This document shows, in pieces, positions 48,098-56,558 of a stretch of 64,000 bases of DNA. The notes under the pieces are model-generated. The model saw only the letters and a list, made by a program, of their open reading frames with translations, had not been told where the DNA came from and searched no databases. The translations under genes were made by a program, and so were the position numbers. How positions within the stretch are numbered: position 1 is the first letter of the stretch; the number at the start of each line of letters is the position of its first letter. Origin of the DNA: Luteolibacter sp. (GTDB lineage Bacteria > Verrucomicrobiota > Verrucomicrobiia > Verrucomicrobiales > Akkermansiaceae); NCBI GenBank assembly GCA_039978775.1, contig JBDWAR010000023.1, positions 18,304-82,303 on the forward strand, in the 5' to 3' direction.

Positions 48098-48871
48098 ATG
48101 TCATACGGAAAAATTGCGGCGGTCGCCGCCACGGGTTTGTTCAGCTTCGGAGCAGTTCACGCAGAGGAAACGAAAGATGGACGCGCCCTTGTGATGGAAT
48201 CCATCGAGGCTCATGGCGGCACGGAGAAATGGTACAACAGCGGCCAACTCCAGTTCCGCTGGACCTATCACATGACCGACAAAGGAGCGAATGCAGTGGT
48301 CGATACCGTGCAGACTGTCGATCCGAAGAGCCTTGCCGTGAAGCACGAGGTGGTCGGCAAGGACATCACCTTCGGCATGAATGGCGGGATCGATTGGATC
48401 CGCCCGAAAGATGCGGAGTTCATGCCGCCCCCGCGCTTCTGGGCACTGACCCCGACCTACTTCCTCGGCATTCCTTTCGTCTTCAATGACGAGAACGCGA
48501 ACTTCGCAATCCTGCCGGACACCCTGGCCTTCGAGGGCAAGGATTACACCCAGGTGAAGGTCACCTACAACCCGGAAGCCGGCGACACTCCGGATGACTA
48601 CTACGTCCTCCTCATCGATCCTGAAACGAAAGTCACACGCGGCGCCTACTACACCGTCACCAGCGACCTGCTCGGCAATGACAAGGTCGGCCCGCCGAAA
48701 TTCATCACCCTCGACGACCTGCAAGACATCGGCGGCGTGAAACTCTCCGGTGCCCATCGGACGTTCGCGATCACAGATGATGGCAAGATCGGCGAGCAAA
48801 TGCGCTTCACCGAAGTCAGCGGAGTGAAATGGCTGCCAGCAGGCACCGTCGATCTCGCCGTGCCTGAGTGA
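48098..48871 (+). CDS. Exported protein, DUF6503-like
   Basis: True start at ATG 48098 inside ORF 47321..48871; signal peptide, SIEAHGG, FLGIPF, GDTPDDYY.L.ID. Confidence 0.7.
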   Translation: MSYGKIAAVAATGLFSFGAVHAEETKDGRALVMESIEAHGGTEKWYNSGQLQFRWTYHMTDKGANAVVDTVQTVDPKSLAVKHEVVGKDITFGMNGGIDWIRPKDAEFMPPPRFWALTPTYFLGIPFVFNDENANFAILPDTLAFEGKDYTQVKVTYNPEAGDTPDDYYVLLIDPETKVTRGAYYTVTSDLLGNDKVGPPKFITLDDLQDIGGVKLSGAHRTFAITDDGKIGEQMRFTEVSGVKWLPAGTVDLAVPE

Positions 48872-48897
48872 GGTAACCTCCTCGGAGGGAGAGTTGG

Positions 48898-49126
48898 ATC
48901 CGCGTCCATCCGTGGTTCAGAAAATTTCAACCGCAGCAGATGGACGCAGAATGAAGAGATGGTATCCGAATGAGATTAAATCAAAAATTGCCCTGAAATT
49001 CGGGGGAGAAAAATCAAACTCCATCCTCTTTATCTTCGTTAATCCCGTCCATCTGCGGTTAAAATATCTTCTCTTTATTCCGTCCACCTGGGCCCCGTAG
49101 CCTCGGCGTAGGGGGCATCTGCGGTT
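48898..49126. repeat. Nested inverted-repeat element (CGTCCATCTGCGGTT family) with inserted palindrome
   Basis: Four related copies at 48898-48917 (+), 48929-48950 (-), 49042-49060 (+) and 49078-49126 (+, interrupted by CCCCGTAGCCTCGGCGTAGGGG). Confidence 0.75.
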
Positions 49127-49188
49127 CCTCACACCCCCCTGACACCAATAATCTTGCGGAATGTTTCTATATATAGGAGAAACTACGT

Positions 49189-51075
49189 GTGAATTCACGT
49201 CCCACCATTTTCGTATCGACGGTTAGCAAGGAACTCCGGAGTGCCAGGCAGCTTGTCGCCAACACCCTCACCTTCCTCGGTTACGAGCCTGTGTGGCAGG
49301 ATATTTTCGGCACCGAAAGCGGCGATCTTCGGGAGATGCTGCGCACACGCGTCGATGGCTGCAAGGGCGTGGTGCAACTCGTTGGCTATGCCTATGGCGC
49401 GGAGCCGCCGGATATGGATACGGAGTTCGGCCGGGTGAGTTACACCCAATATGAGGCTCTCTACGCGCGCCAACAGGGGATCAAGGTCTGGTACCTTTTC
49501 ATCGATGAGAAATTCCCCGCCGATGAGTTCGAGCCCGAGCCCGAGGAGCACCGCCAGCTTCAGGAAACCTACCGCAACAGCCTGAAGGCGGACACCCACC
49601 TCTTCCACGAGCTCACCACCAATGCTGCCCTCGAAGCTGGGGTGCTAAAACTCCGCGACGACCTTACCGTCCTGCGCCGCAATGCCAAACGCTGGGCGAT
49701 CGCCATTGTCGGCATCTTGCTCATCATCACCGGCCTGTCCGTTTGGCTCATCAAGGGTCAGGATGAAACGAAGAAATCCGTGGGCGATACCAAGAAAGCC
49801 GTCGATCAAACCAAACAGTCTGTCGATGACACCAAACGCTCCGTCGATGACGTCGCCGCAGAGGTGAAGAAGAGCAATGAGACCCTCGAGAAGATCGCCG
49901 ACCGCTTCGAATCGCTCGCCTCAAATGGCAGGCTCATCCCGGATCCCAAGACCCCCGAGGAGCACTACCACAATGCCCGCATGCACGAGCTCGGTGGCAA
50001 TTTCTCCGCCGCCCGCAAGGAATACTCTGAGTATCTCTCCGCTAATCTCGAAGCGCTCGATCCATGGTTGAGCTACTCGGAAATGCTCAAAGCCTCCGAA
50101 GGCCGCGCCGGTGCCATCGACACCCTACGTTACTTTGGCAACAAGCTCGAACCTCAGACAGTTTCCTACCGCACCGCTCTCGCCCTACTGGAGGACGATG
50201 TCGCCCGCCTCCAGAGCCTTGAGAAACTCGCTGCGGAAAATCCCGATTACGGCCCGCTCGCCTACCTCATCAGCCGGGAGTATTCCGATGCCCGCCGTGG
50301 CGAGCAGTCACTTGCCGAAAAACGCTCGGAAAAGGAATGGCTGGAGAAATTCCGCGAGGCGGAAAAGGCCGGCAATTTCCTGCGCTATTTCATCGATAAA
50401 AAAGAAGCGCAGAAATGGGCGGAGACTGCCGAGGCCGCATGGGCGCAGATGGATTCCACCCTCGATAGGGTGTTGGAAAATCCCGTCACCGTCACTGCCC
50501 AGCAGAGCAATGCCGGATGGGCTGCGGTATTCAGTATCACCGATCGCCGGGCGAAGGAACTCTTCTACCGGCTCGATGGCAAAGGCGAGTTTATATCCAC
50601 AGGCCACCTGCCTGCAAAGAGTCCAGATACCGGTCTACCCCTGATCAATCCCCACGTCCCGTTGCCGAACCTTGCGGCGGGCACCCATTGGATCGAGGTG
50701 AAATACACCGACGACAACGACACCATGAATGGTCCCTATACGCTCCAGTTCTCCACCTCCAGTGAGCAGCTCGCCCAAGGGAAAATGATGCTCAATGCCA
50801 TTGCCGGATCATGGCTCTCCTTTGGCGATGCGAACAACCAGACCCTGCTCTACTTCACCATGCTGATGTCCTACCGCCCGGTCATCGCGGAGATCCACTA
50901 CTCCCTGGATAACGATGCCCTCGACAAGAGGTTTAAGTTCAAGCCCAGCGACACCATGTTCGAAGTCGGCGACGACCTCTACCTCTCCGTCCCCGGCAAC
51001 ACCCGCTTCGCCATGGTCCAAGTGATTTTTAAAGATGGCACCAAATCTGCCGTGCAGAAGGTGGTGAGGAACTAG
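49189..51075 (+). CDS. DUF4062 (TIR/NDT-like) domain - TM - coiled coil - TPR-like - beta-rich C-terminal protein
   Basis: IFVSTVSKELRSAR, LVGYAYG, SYTQYEALYA; TM WAIAIVGILLIITGLSVWLI; heptads VGDTKKA VDQTKQS VDDTKRS; EEHYHNARMHELGGNFSAARKEY. Confidence 0.78.
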   Translation: MNSRPTIFVSTVSKELRSARQLVANTLTFLGYEPVWQDIFGTESGDLREMLRTRVDGCKGVVQLVGYAYGAEPPDMDTEFGRVSYTQYEALYARQQGIKVWYLFIDEKFPADEFEPEPEEHRQLQETYRNSLKADTHLFHELTTNAALEAGVLKLRDDLTVLRRNAKRWAIAIVGILLIITGLSVWLIKGQDETKKSVGDTKKAVDQTKQSVDDTKRSVDDVAAEVKKSNETLEKIADRFESLASNGRLIPDPKTPEEHYHNARMHELGGNFSAARKEYSEYLSANLEALDPWLSYSEMLKASEGRAGAIDTLRYFGNKLEPQTVSYRTALALLEDDVARLQSLEKLAAENPDYGPLAYLISREYSDARRGEQSLAEKRSEKEWLEKFREAEKAGNFLRYFIDKKEAQKWAETAEAAWAQMDSTLDRVLENPVTVTAQQSNAGWAAVFSITDRRAKELFYRLDGKGEFISTGHLPAKSPDTGLPLINPHVPLPNLAAGTHWIEVKYTDDNDTMNGPYTLQFSTSSEQLAQGKMMLNAIAGSWLSFGDANNQTLLYFTMLMSYRPVIAEIHYSLDNDALDKRFKFKPSDTMFEVGDDLYLSVPGNTRFAMVQVIFKDGTKSAVQKVVRN

Positions 51076-51247
51076 GGCGGAGCGCCTGCCTTGGCAGGCT
51101 CGCTCTGCTCAGGGAAATCAATAGCAACCCCATCCTACCTCTCTCGACGGAATGTTCCAAAAGGGTATCTACTGTGGAGGACAGAATGCTCTGTCCTGTA
51201 AGAAAAAGACCGCTCGCTTTGTGTTTCAGGTGTGATACATTATTCGC

Positions 51248-51505
51248 ATGTCTCAGACCGCAGTGATCCATGCTCGAATCGATCCAGCCACCAAAGCAGC
51301 AACGGAGCGCATACTGGAAGCCATCGGATTGACACCAACTGAGGCGATCCGGTTACTTTATCGCCAGATCGCCATGCGCGGCGAGTTTCCAGTTGAGCTA
51401 AGAACACCGAATGCCGAAACGGCTAGAGCGCTCTCCATGGCAGACAATGGTGAAGATGTTGAGACGTTTGAGAGCACTGAAGAACTCTACGCATCTTGGG
51501 AGTAA
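51248..51505 (+). CDS. dinJ: RelB/DinJ family antitoxin
   Basis: VIHARIDPATK, GLTPTEAIRLLY.QI...FP.EL..PNAET..A. Confidence 0.9.
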   Translation: MSQTAVIHARIDPATKAATERILEAIGLTPTEAIRLLYRQIAMRGEFPVELRTPNAETARALSMADNGEDVETFESTEELYASWE

Positions 51506-51768
51506 TGAGAGTCGTTCAGCCCGGCTCCTTCAAGAGAGATATTAAGAAGCTGAAGAAACGCGGCAGAGACTTGAACAAGCTAAAAGTCGTTGTGGATCTG
51601 CTCGTAGCTGGTGAGGTTTTACCAGATCGCTGTGTCGATCATGCGCTTTCAGGGAATTGGACGGGATGGCGCGATTGCCATATAGAACCCGACTGGATAC
51701 TGATCTACAAGATGGCGCCGGACATCTTGACGCTCGGGCGGACTGGCACCCATTCAGACCTATTCTGA
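51505..51768 (+). CDS. yafQ: YafQ family toxin (RelE/ParE superfamily)
   Basis: FKRDIKK, DHALSGNW.G.RDCHIEPDWILIY, RTGTHSDLF; TAATG overlap with the antitoxin. Confidence 0.93.
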   Translation: MRVVQPGSFKRDIKKLKKRGRDLNKLKVVVDLLVAGEVLPDRCVDHALSGNWTGWRDCHIEPDWILIYKMAPDILTLGRTGTHSDLF

Positions 51769-51948
51769 TAAACGAAGAGGAAGCAGAAAAGATGCTGCCT
51801 TGAAAACGCGGGAATAAATAGATGACCGACTTAGATTCTGAGCTTTCCCCTGCATCGCCATTGCCCGAGGATTCCGGATGGGTGGCGATGCAGGATGTCT
51901 GTGTGTCAGCCATCTTGAGTTTCAGCAAAACCTGCAATGGGATCCCAC

Positions 51949-52650
51949 ATGACAGAGAAGGAAGTGATGGCGCTCTTGGAGGCGAATCGGAATGAGAGGG
52001 GGGTGGCGAACTGGGAACGGTTGGGTGAGGAGACCGAGGGGCTTGGGAGTTTTGGCATCGGACTGACGCAGTTGCGCAAATTGGCCAAACAGGTGGGGCG
52101 CGACCATGGGCTGGCCCTGAAGCTATGGGAGATTGAAAATTACGATGCGAAGGTTCTCGGATTGCTCATTGATGATCCGAAAGAGCTGACGCGGGAACAG
52201 GTGGAGCGGCAGGTGGAGGGAGTGGGGGCCGGGATGTTGGCCCATGTGTTCAGTTCCTGCGATGCGACCTTGGCGAAGGCGCCGTTTGTGTTCGGTCTGG
52301 CCTGTGAATGGGTGGAGTCGCAAGATGTGATTCGGAAGCAGTGCGGGTATGGGCTGATTTATGAGCTTTCCAAAAAGGGGCGGAAGAAGGAGCTCAGTGA
52401 CGAGTTTTTCCTCGGATGTATCAAGCGCATCCGTGAGCGGTTTTGGGATGAGGATATTGCGGTGCGCTTGGGCATGGGTTGTGCGCTGATGGGGATCGGC
52501 AAGCGTAACGTGAAGCTGAACCAGGCGGCGCTTGAGCTGGCGATCGAGCTGGGGCCGATCGATTTTAATGAAGGGAAGAAGGGATGTGAGCCGTTCGATG
52601 TGGTGAAGCATTTGACCAGCGATTATCTCAGGGGGAAGCTGGGGCTCTGA
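51949..52650 (+). CDS. DNA alkylation repair (AlkD-like HEAT repeat) protein
   Basis: GIGLTQLRKLAKQVG.DH.LA..LW, W.ES, ALMGIGKRN. Confidence 0.82.
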   Translation: MTEKEVMALLEANRNERGVANWERLGEETEGLGSFGIGLTQLRKLAKQVGRDHGLALKLWEIENYDAKVLGLLIDDPKELTREQVERQVEGVGAGMLAHVFSSCDATLAKAPFVFGLACEWVESQDVIRKQCGYGLIYELSKKGRKKELSDEFFLGCIKRIRERFWDEDIAVRLGMGCALMGIGKRNVKLNQAALELAIELGPIDFNEGKKGCEPFDVVKHLTSDYLRGKLGL

Positions 52651-52718
52651 GAGTCGGCGAGACGCCGATATCACGGCCTGCCCCGAGACGGGGCAGCTAC
52701 GGACGGGGCGGAAACGGA

Positions 52719-52928
52719 TTATCCGGTGAAGGGGGTGGCATCCTTCTTTCTGGCCCAGCGTTCCTCGGCGCTGGGTGGGTTTTTCATGAGGGGGGCGAAG
52801 TGTGCCTCGACGATGCGTGGATCGATGAATTGAGGACGGTGGGGTGCCGGGCCTTCGGGGCAGGCGGGCAAGTCAAAGTCGGCCGGATATGACGGCTGTG
52901 ATGCGTTCGGCGGCGTTTTCTCCTCCAT
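52719..52928 (-). CDS. Small hypothetical partner of the nucleotidyltransferase
   Basis: 69 aa Pro-rich ORF overlapping the NTase 3' end and ending EERWARKKDATPFTG. Confidence 0.5.
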   Translation of the reverse strand: MEEKTPPNASQPSYPADFDLPACPEGPAPHRPQFIDPRIVEAHFAPLMKNPPSAEERWARKKDATPFTG

Positions 52929-53325
52929 GCTTCATGACGATAGCGGAAAAATCGGGATCGTCGAGGGAGAGCTTGTGATGCTTCACGAGGGCGAAAACAT
53001 CCGACCAGTCCTGGGCGGAGTTTTGGCGGGAGGGTTGGTTGATGGCGTGGAGCTTGAGCGCGATCATCGAGAGGGCGTCAGGAGTTGCGATGGGGTTGGA
53101 GTCAATTTTGTGACTCTCGAGATTCCGGAAAACCTCGTCGTCCACGATCATCAGGTCGATGGGAGGCAGGGGGAAGGTCGGATGGGCTTCAAACTGGAGA
53201 AAGTTTCCGGTTTCCGCGTAGGGGCTGTAGCGGAGCTGGGAGAGTTCGCGTTTCCAATCCTCCGTGGCGGATCGAGGGATGAGGAGGTCGAGATCGTAGG
53301 TGGCGCGCGGGTGTCCGAGGGCGCT
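52873..53325 (-). pseudogene. 5'-truncated nucleotidyltransferase (AbiEii/DUF6036-like)
   Basis: ALGHPRATYDLDLLI, PIDLM, LSMIALKLHA...R...QDWSD; no plausible start codon before the motif, which abuts the KamA stop. Confidence 0.65.
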
Positions 53326-53329
53326 GCAA

Positions 53330-54523
53330 CTACTGGCCGCAGAGGGCTTTTTCTTGGAGGACTTGCATTTCCTCTGTGGAGATCGGGGTCGGGTTTGGGT
53401 AGTCGAAGATTTCCCCATCGTAGTTGCGGAGGGTGATTTTTGTTGGGTCAGAATCGACGACGTAGTTGGGATTGACCGGGATTTTTCCGCCGCCGCCGGG
53501 GCCATCGATGACGAACTGGGGGATGGCGTAGCCGGTGGTGTGGCCGCGGAGTTGCTCAATGATATTGACACCTTCCGAGACGGCGGTGCGGAGGTGGGAG
53601 GAGCCGGTGATGAGGTCGCACTGATAGAGGTAATACGGGCGCACGCGGCACATGAGGAGCTTGTGAACCAGGGCTTTCTGGACTTCCGGGGAGTCGTTGA
53701 CGCCGCGCAGAAGGACGGATTGGTTGCCGAGCGGGATGCCGGCCTCGGCGAGGCGGACGAGGCCATCTCGCACTTCGCTGGTGAGTTCCTTGGGATGGTT
53801 GCTGTGGATGGAGATGAAAAGCGGGTGGTGCTTTTTCAGCATGGCGCAGAGCTCCGGAGTGATGCGCTGGGGCAGGAAAATCGGGATGCGCGATCCGATG
53901 CGCACGAACTGGATGTGCGGGATCGAGCGGAGGCGGGTGAGGATTCTATCCAGCTTCGCGTCGGAGAACAGGAGGGGATCGCCGCCGGAGAGGAGGACGT
54001 CGCGCACTTCCGTGTGTTCTTCGAGGTATTTGAAAGCGGCTTCCCATTGGGTCTCGAGCTGTTGCTCGCCCACACCGGAGACCACGCGCGAGCGGGTGCA
54101 GTAGCGGCAGTAGGAAGCGCAGCGGTCGGTGACGAGGAAAAGGACACGGTCCGGGTAGCGGTGGACGAGGCCGGGGACTGGCATGTGGGAGTCTTCTCCA
54201 CAGGGATCGGAGAGCTCTTCGGGGGCGGTCCAACCTTCCTCGATGCGAGGAATGACCTGGCGGCGGATCGGGCAGTTCGGGTCGTCCTTGTCGATGAGGT
54301 TGAAGAAATGCGGGGTGATCGCCATCGCCAGCTTGGTGCCGGCGAGGAGGACGCCGGCGCGTTCTTCATCAGAGAGGTTGATGCGGGCTTCGAGGTCGGC
54401 GAGCGAGTCGATGCGGTTGCGCAGCTGCCAGGTGTGGCTGTCCCATTTTTCCATGGCGGAGTCCGGCCAGTAACCGGGGGCGTGGGAGCGGAAAGTGGTG
54501 TCGAGGTCGATTGATGAGGTCAT
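53330..54523 (-). CDS. KamA family radical SAM protein (lysine 2,3-aminomutase-like)
   Basis: DPCGED, HRYPDRVL, CASYCRYCTR, LSGGDPL, RIGSRIP, NQSVLLRGVND, PYYLYQCD, DGPGGGGKIP. Confidence 0.93.
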   Translation of the reverse strand: MTSSIDLDTTFRSHAPGYWPDSAMEKWDSHTWQLRNRIDSLADLEARINLSDEERAGVLLAGTKLAMAITPHFFNLIDKDDPNCPIRRQVIPRIEEGWTAPEELSDPCGEDSHMPVPGLVHRYPDRVLFLVTDRCASYCRYCTRSRVVSGVGEQQLETQWEAAFKYLEEHTEVRDVLLSGGDPLLFSDAKLDRILTRLRSIPHIQFVRIGSRIPIFLPQRITPELCAMLKKHHPLFISIHSNHPKELTSEVRDGLVRLAEAGIPLGNQSVLLRGVNDSPEVQKALVHKLLMCRVRPYYLYQCDLITGSSHLRTAVSEGVNIIEQLRGHTTGYAIPQFVIDGPGGGGKIPVNPNYVVDSDPTKITLRNYDGEIFDYPNPTPISTEEMQVLQEKALCGQ

Positions 54524-54585
54524 TCGCTTCTTGTTAGGTGAAATCGGTCGGGCAGGAAAGGGAAGGGGTCAAGGGAGGATTTTTT

Positions 54586-54622
54586 GGGTAAAATCTGAAA
54601 CGCTGACATGGGAAAAGCTAAA
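54586..54622. repeat. 8-mer family element
   Basis: GGGTAAAATCTGAAACGCTGACATGGGAAAAGCTAAA, related to 1699-1745 and 8604-8640. Confidence 0.6.
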
Positions 54623-54634
54623 CGGCTCTTTGAG

Positions 54635-55531
54635 TTATTTTGCAAGGCGCTGGATGAGTTCGATGAGGCGGCCGGTAGAGGCGGCGAGGGTGGGGGCGAA
54701 GGGGAGTTTGTCGTCGATTTCGTCCGGCAGGAGGGTCGGGCGGGTGGCGACGCGGATGGCGGGGAGGCCCATCTCGAAGAGGGTGGAGGCGAGGTCGAAA
54801 TCATCGCCTAGGCAGATGACTTCAGCACCGAGGATTTTGCCGAGTCCGTCGAGTTCGGAGGAGGGGGGGGCTTGGGTATCGCGTGAGGAGAGGATCAGGG
54901 CTTCGGCATCGCCCATGGCCTCGATGCAGAAGATGGCTTTTGGCGCGGGGGCTGCCTTGATGAGATTGGCGGCGATGGCGGCGGTTTCCAAGACGGGGGA
55001 TTCCGGGTCGTTGGCGTGGGGCAGGAAGAGGAAATGAATGGGGCGTGCCGGGGAGGCGTTGGCGAGGGATTGGGCGGCGGCGAGGGTGGCGGTGAGGCCG
55101 GTGGCGTTTTTTTCCGCTCCGGGTGAGCCGAGGGGAGAGTCGTAGGAGGTGAGGATCCAGATGGGGGCGGCGGCAGATTTTTCCGAAGCCACGCTGACGG
55201 AGATCAGGGGGAAATCGGCGGGGCCATTGGTGGTGGTGACCTGGTAGCCGGTATTGGCGGGGCCGAGCGTGCCCTGGATCATCGAGGAAGTAGCGGAGAG
55301 CTTGTCCGGAGTGGCGGTGTTACGCTCGCCGATGAGGGTGATGATTTTCCGCAAATCGTCCTCCACCGAGGGAGTGGAGACGGCGCGGGTGAAGCGCTGG
55401 GTCTCGGCGGTGGCGGCTTTTTTCTCGTCTTTGAAATATTTCACCAACGCGTATCCGGCCGAGACGATGAGCCAGACGGGAAGGACGACGAGGAGGATGG
55501 GGACGAGCGGCGATTTTTTCCGGTCGGACAT
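54635..55531 (-). CDS. Membrane-anchored M28 peptidase-fold protein lacking metal ligands
   Basis: N-terminal TM; LTSYDS..GSPGAEKNATG aligns with GAHYDS..GSPGADDNASG. Confidence 0.6.
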   Translation of the reverse strand: MSDRKKSPLVPILLVVLPVWLIVSAGYALVKYFKDEKKAATAETQRFTRAVSTPSVEDDLRKIITLIGERNTATPDKLSATSSMIQGTLGPANTGYQVTTTNGPADFPLISVSVASEKSAAAPIWILTSYDSPLGSPGAEKNATGLTATLAAAQSLANASPARPIHFLFLPHANDPESPVLETAAIAANLIKAAPAPKAIFCIEAMGDAEALILSSRDTQAPPSSELDGLGKILGAEVICLGDDFDLASTLFEMGLPAIRVATRPTLLPDEIDDKLPFAPTLAASTGRLIELIQRLAK

Positions 55532-55541
55532 GGGTGGAGTT

Positions 55542-56429
55542 TCAGGGAGATTCGGCATCATTTTCGATTTCGTCATCGGACGGGGAGTCGCCGTTTTCCG
55601 AGAAATCTTCGATGCCTTTGCGCCAGCGCAATGAGATCAAGGGGCGGACGAAGCCATAGATGAGGTAGGCGCTGAATAGCACGACCGGCATGACGTAGCG
55701 GAACTGAATGGTCGCGATGATGAGAACCACGGCGATGATAATCATGGGCAGCGAGCCGCGGGTTTTCCAATCTACCGTCTTGAAGGAGGGGTAACGCACG
55801 CTGCTGATCATGAGCCAGGAAAGGAACAGCATGACGGCGGCGAGCACGTATTTCCAGACGCCGACTTCGTGGTCGTTCTTGTAGAGGTCGATGATGAGGA
55901 AGGTGATTGATGCGATGAAACCCGCGGCCATGGGGATGGGGATGCCGCGGAAGTCGCTGCCGGCTCCGGGTCTTTTCGGGGCCATGGCGAGGCAGTTGAA
56001 GCGGGCGAGGCGCATGGCTCCGCAGACGAGGTAGATCAGGGCGATGCCCCAGCCGATGTTACCGAGTGGGAAGAGGACGGCGCGGGACATGAGCATGGCG
56101 GGCGCCATGCCGAAGGAGATGATATCGGCGAGGGAGTCGAACTCTTGGCCGAAGGGCGAGTCTTGTCCACCGAGGCGGGCGAGGCGGCCATCTAGCAGGT
56201 CGAAGAGACAGGATCCGAAGATCAGGAGGATGGCGTATTGGTAGTATTCGCGCGAGATCTCGTAATACTGTTTTGCCGCGAGGATCCCGTCTCCGGAAAC
56301 TTTCTGCACCTCGATCTGGCCTTTGAAGATCATGAGCACGGCAAAGAATCCGCAAGCGAGATTGCAGGCGGTCATGAGGTTCGGGAGGAAGAAGATCTTC
56401 GGCTCATCCGGGTCGGCGGTGCGTGACAT
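55542..56429 (-). CDS. pssA: CDP-diacylglycerol--serine O-phosphatidyltransferase
   Basis: LPNLMT.CNL, DLLDGRLAR, FGQEFDSLADIISFG.AP, RLARFN, FRGIPIP.A. Confidence 0.9.
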   Translation of the reverse strand: MSRTADPDEPKIFFLPNLMTACNLACGFFAVLMIFKGQIEVQKVSGDGILAAKQYYEISREYYQYAILLIFGSCLFDLLDGRLARLGGQDSPFGQEFDSLADIISFGMAPAMLMSRAVLFPLGNIGWGIALIYLVCGAMRLARFNCLAMAPKRPGAGSDFRGIPIPMAAGFIASITFLIIDLYKNDHEVGVWKYVLAAVMLFLSWLMISSVRYPSFKTVDWKTRGSLPMIIIAVVLIIATIQFRYVMPVVLFSAYLIYGFVRPLISLRWRKGIEDFSENGDSPSDDEIENDAESP

Positions 56430-56558
56430 GGGGGGGAACATGTACCGGATTGGCACGACGCTCAACCTTGAAGAAATGTGCGCTGGAGCGAAAATTGGAA
56501 CCGGGGCTTGGACAAGTGCCGGATGGCGTGCCAACATCAGCCTGTTAGCTTAGGCGTT

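Noticed and set aside
54520-54804. 94-aa ORF between the M28-like gene and kamA
   Set aside because: Mostly an alternative frame of the upstream gene plus translated 8-mer repeat.
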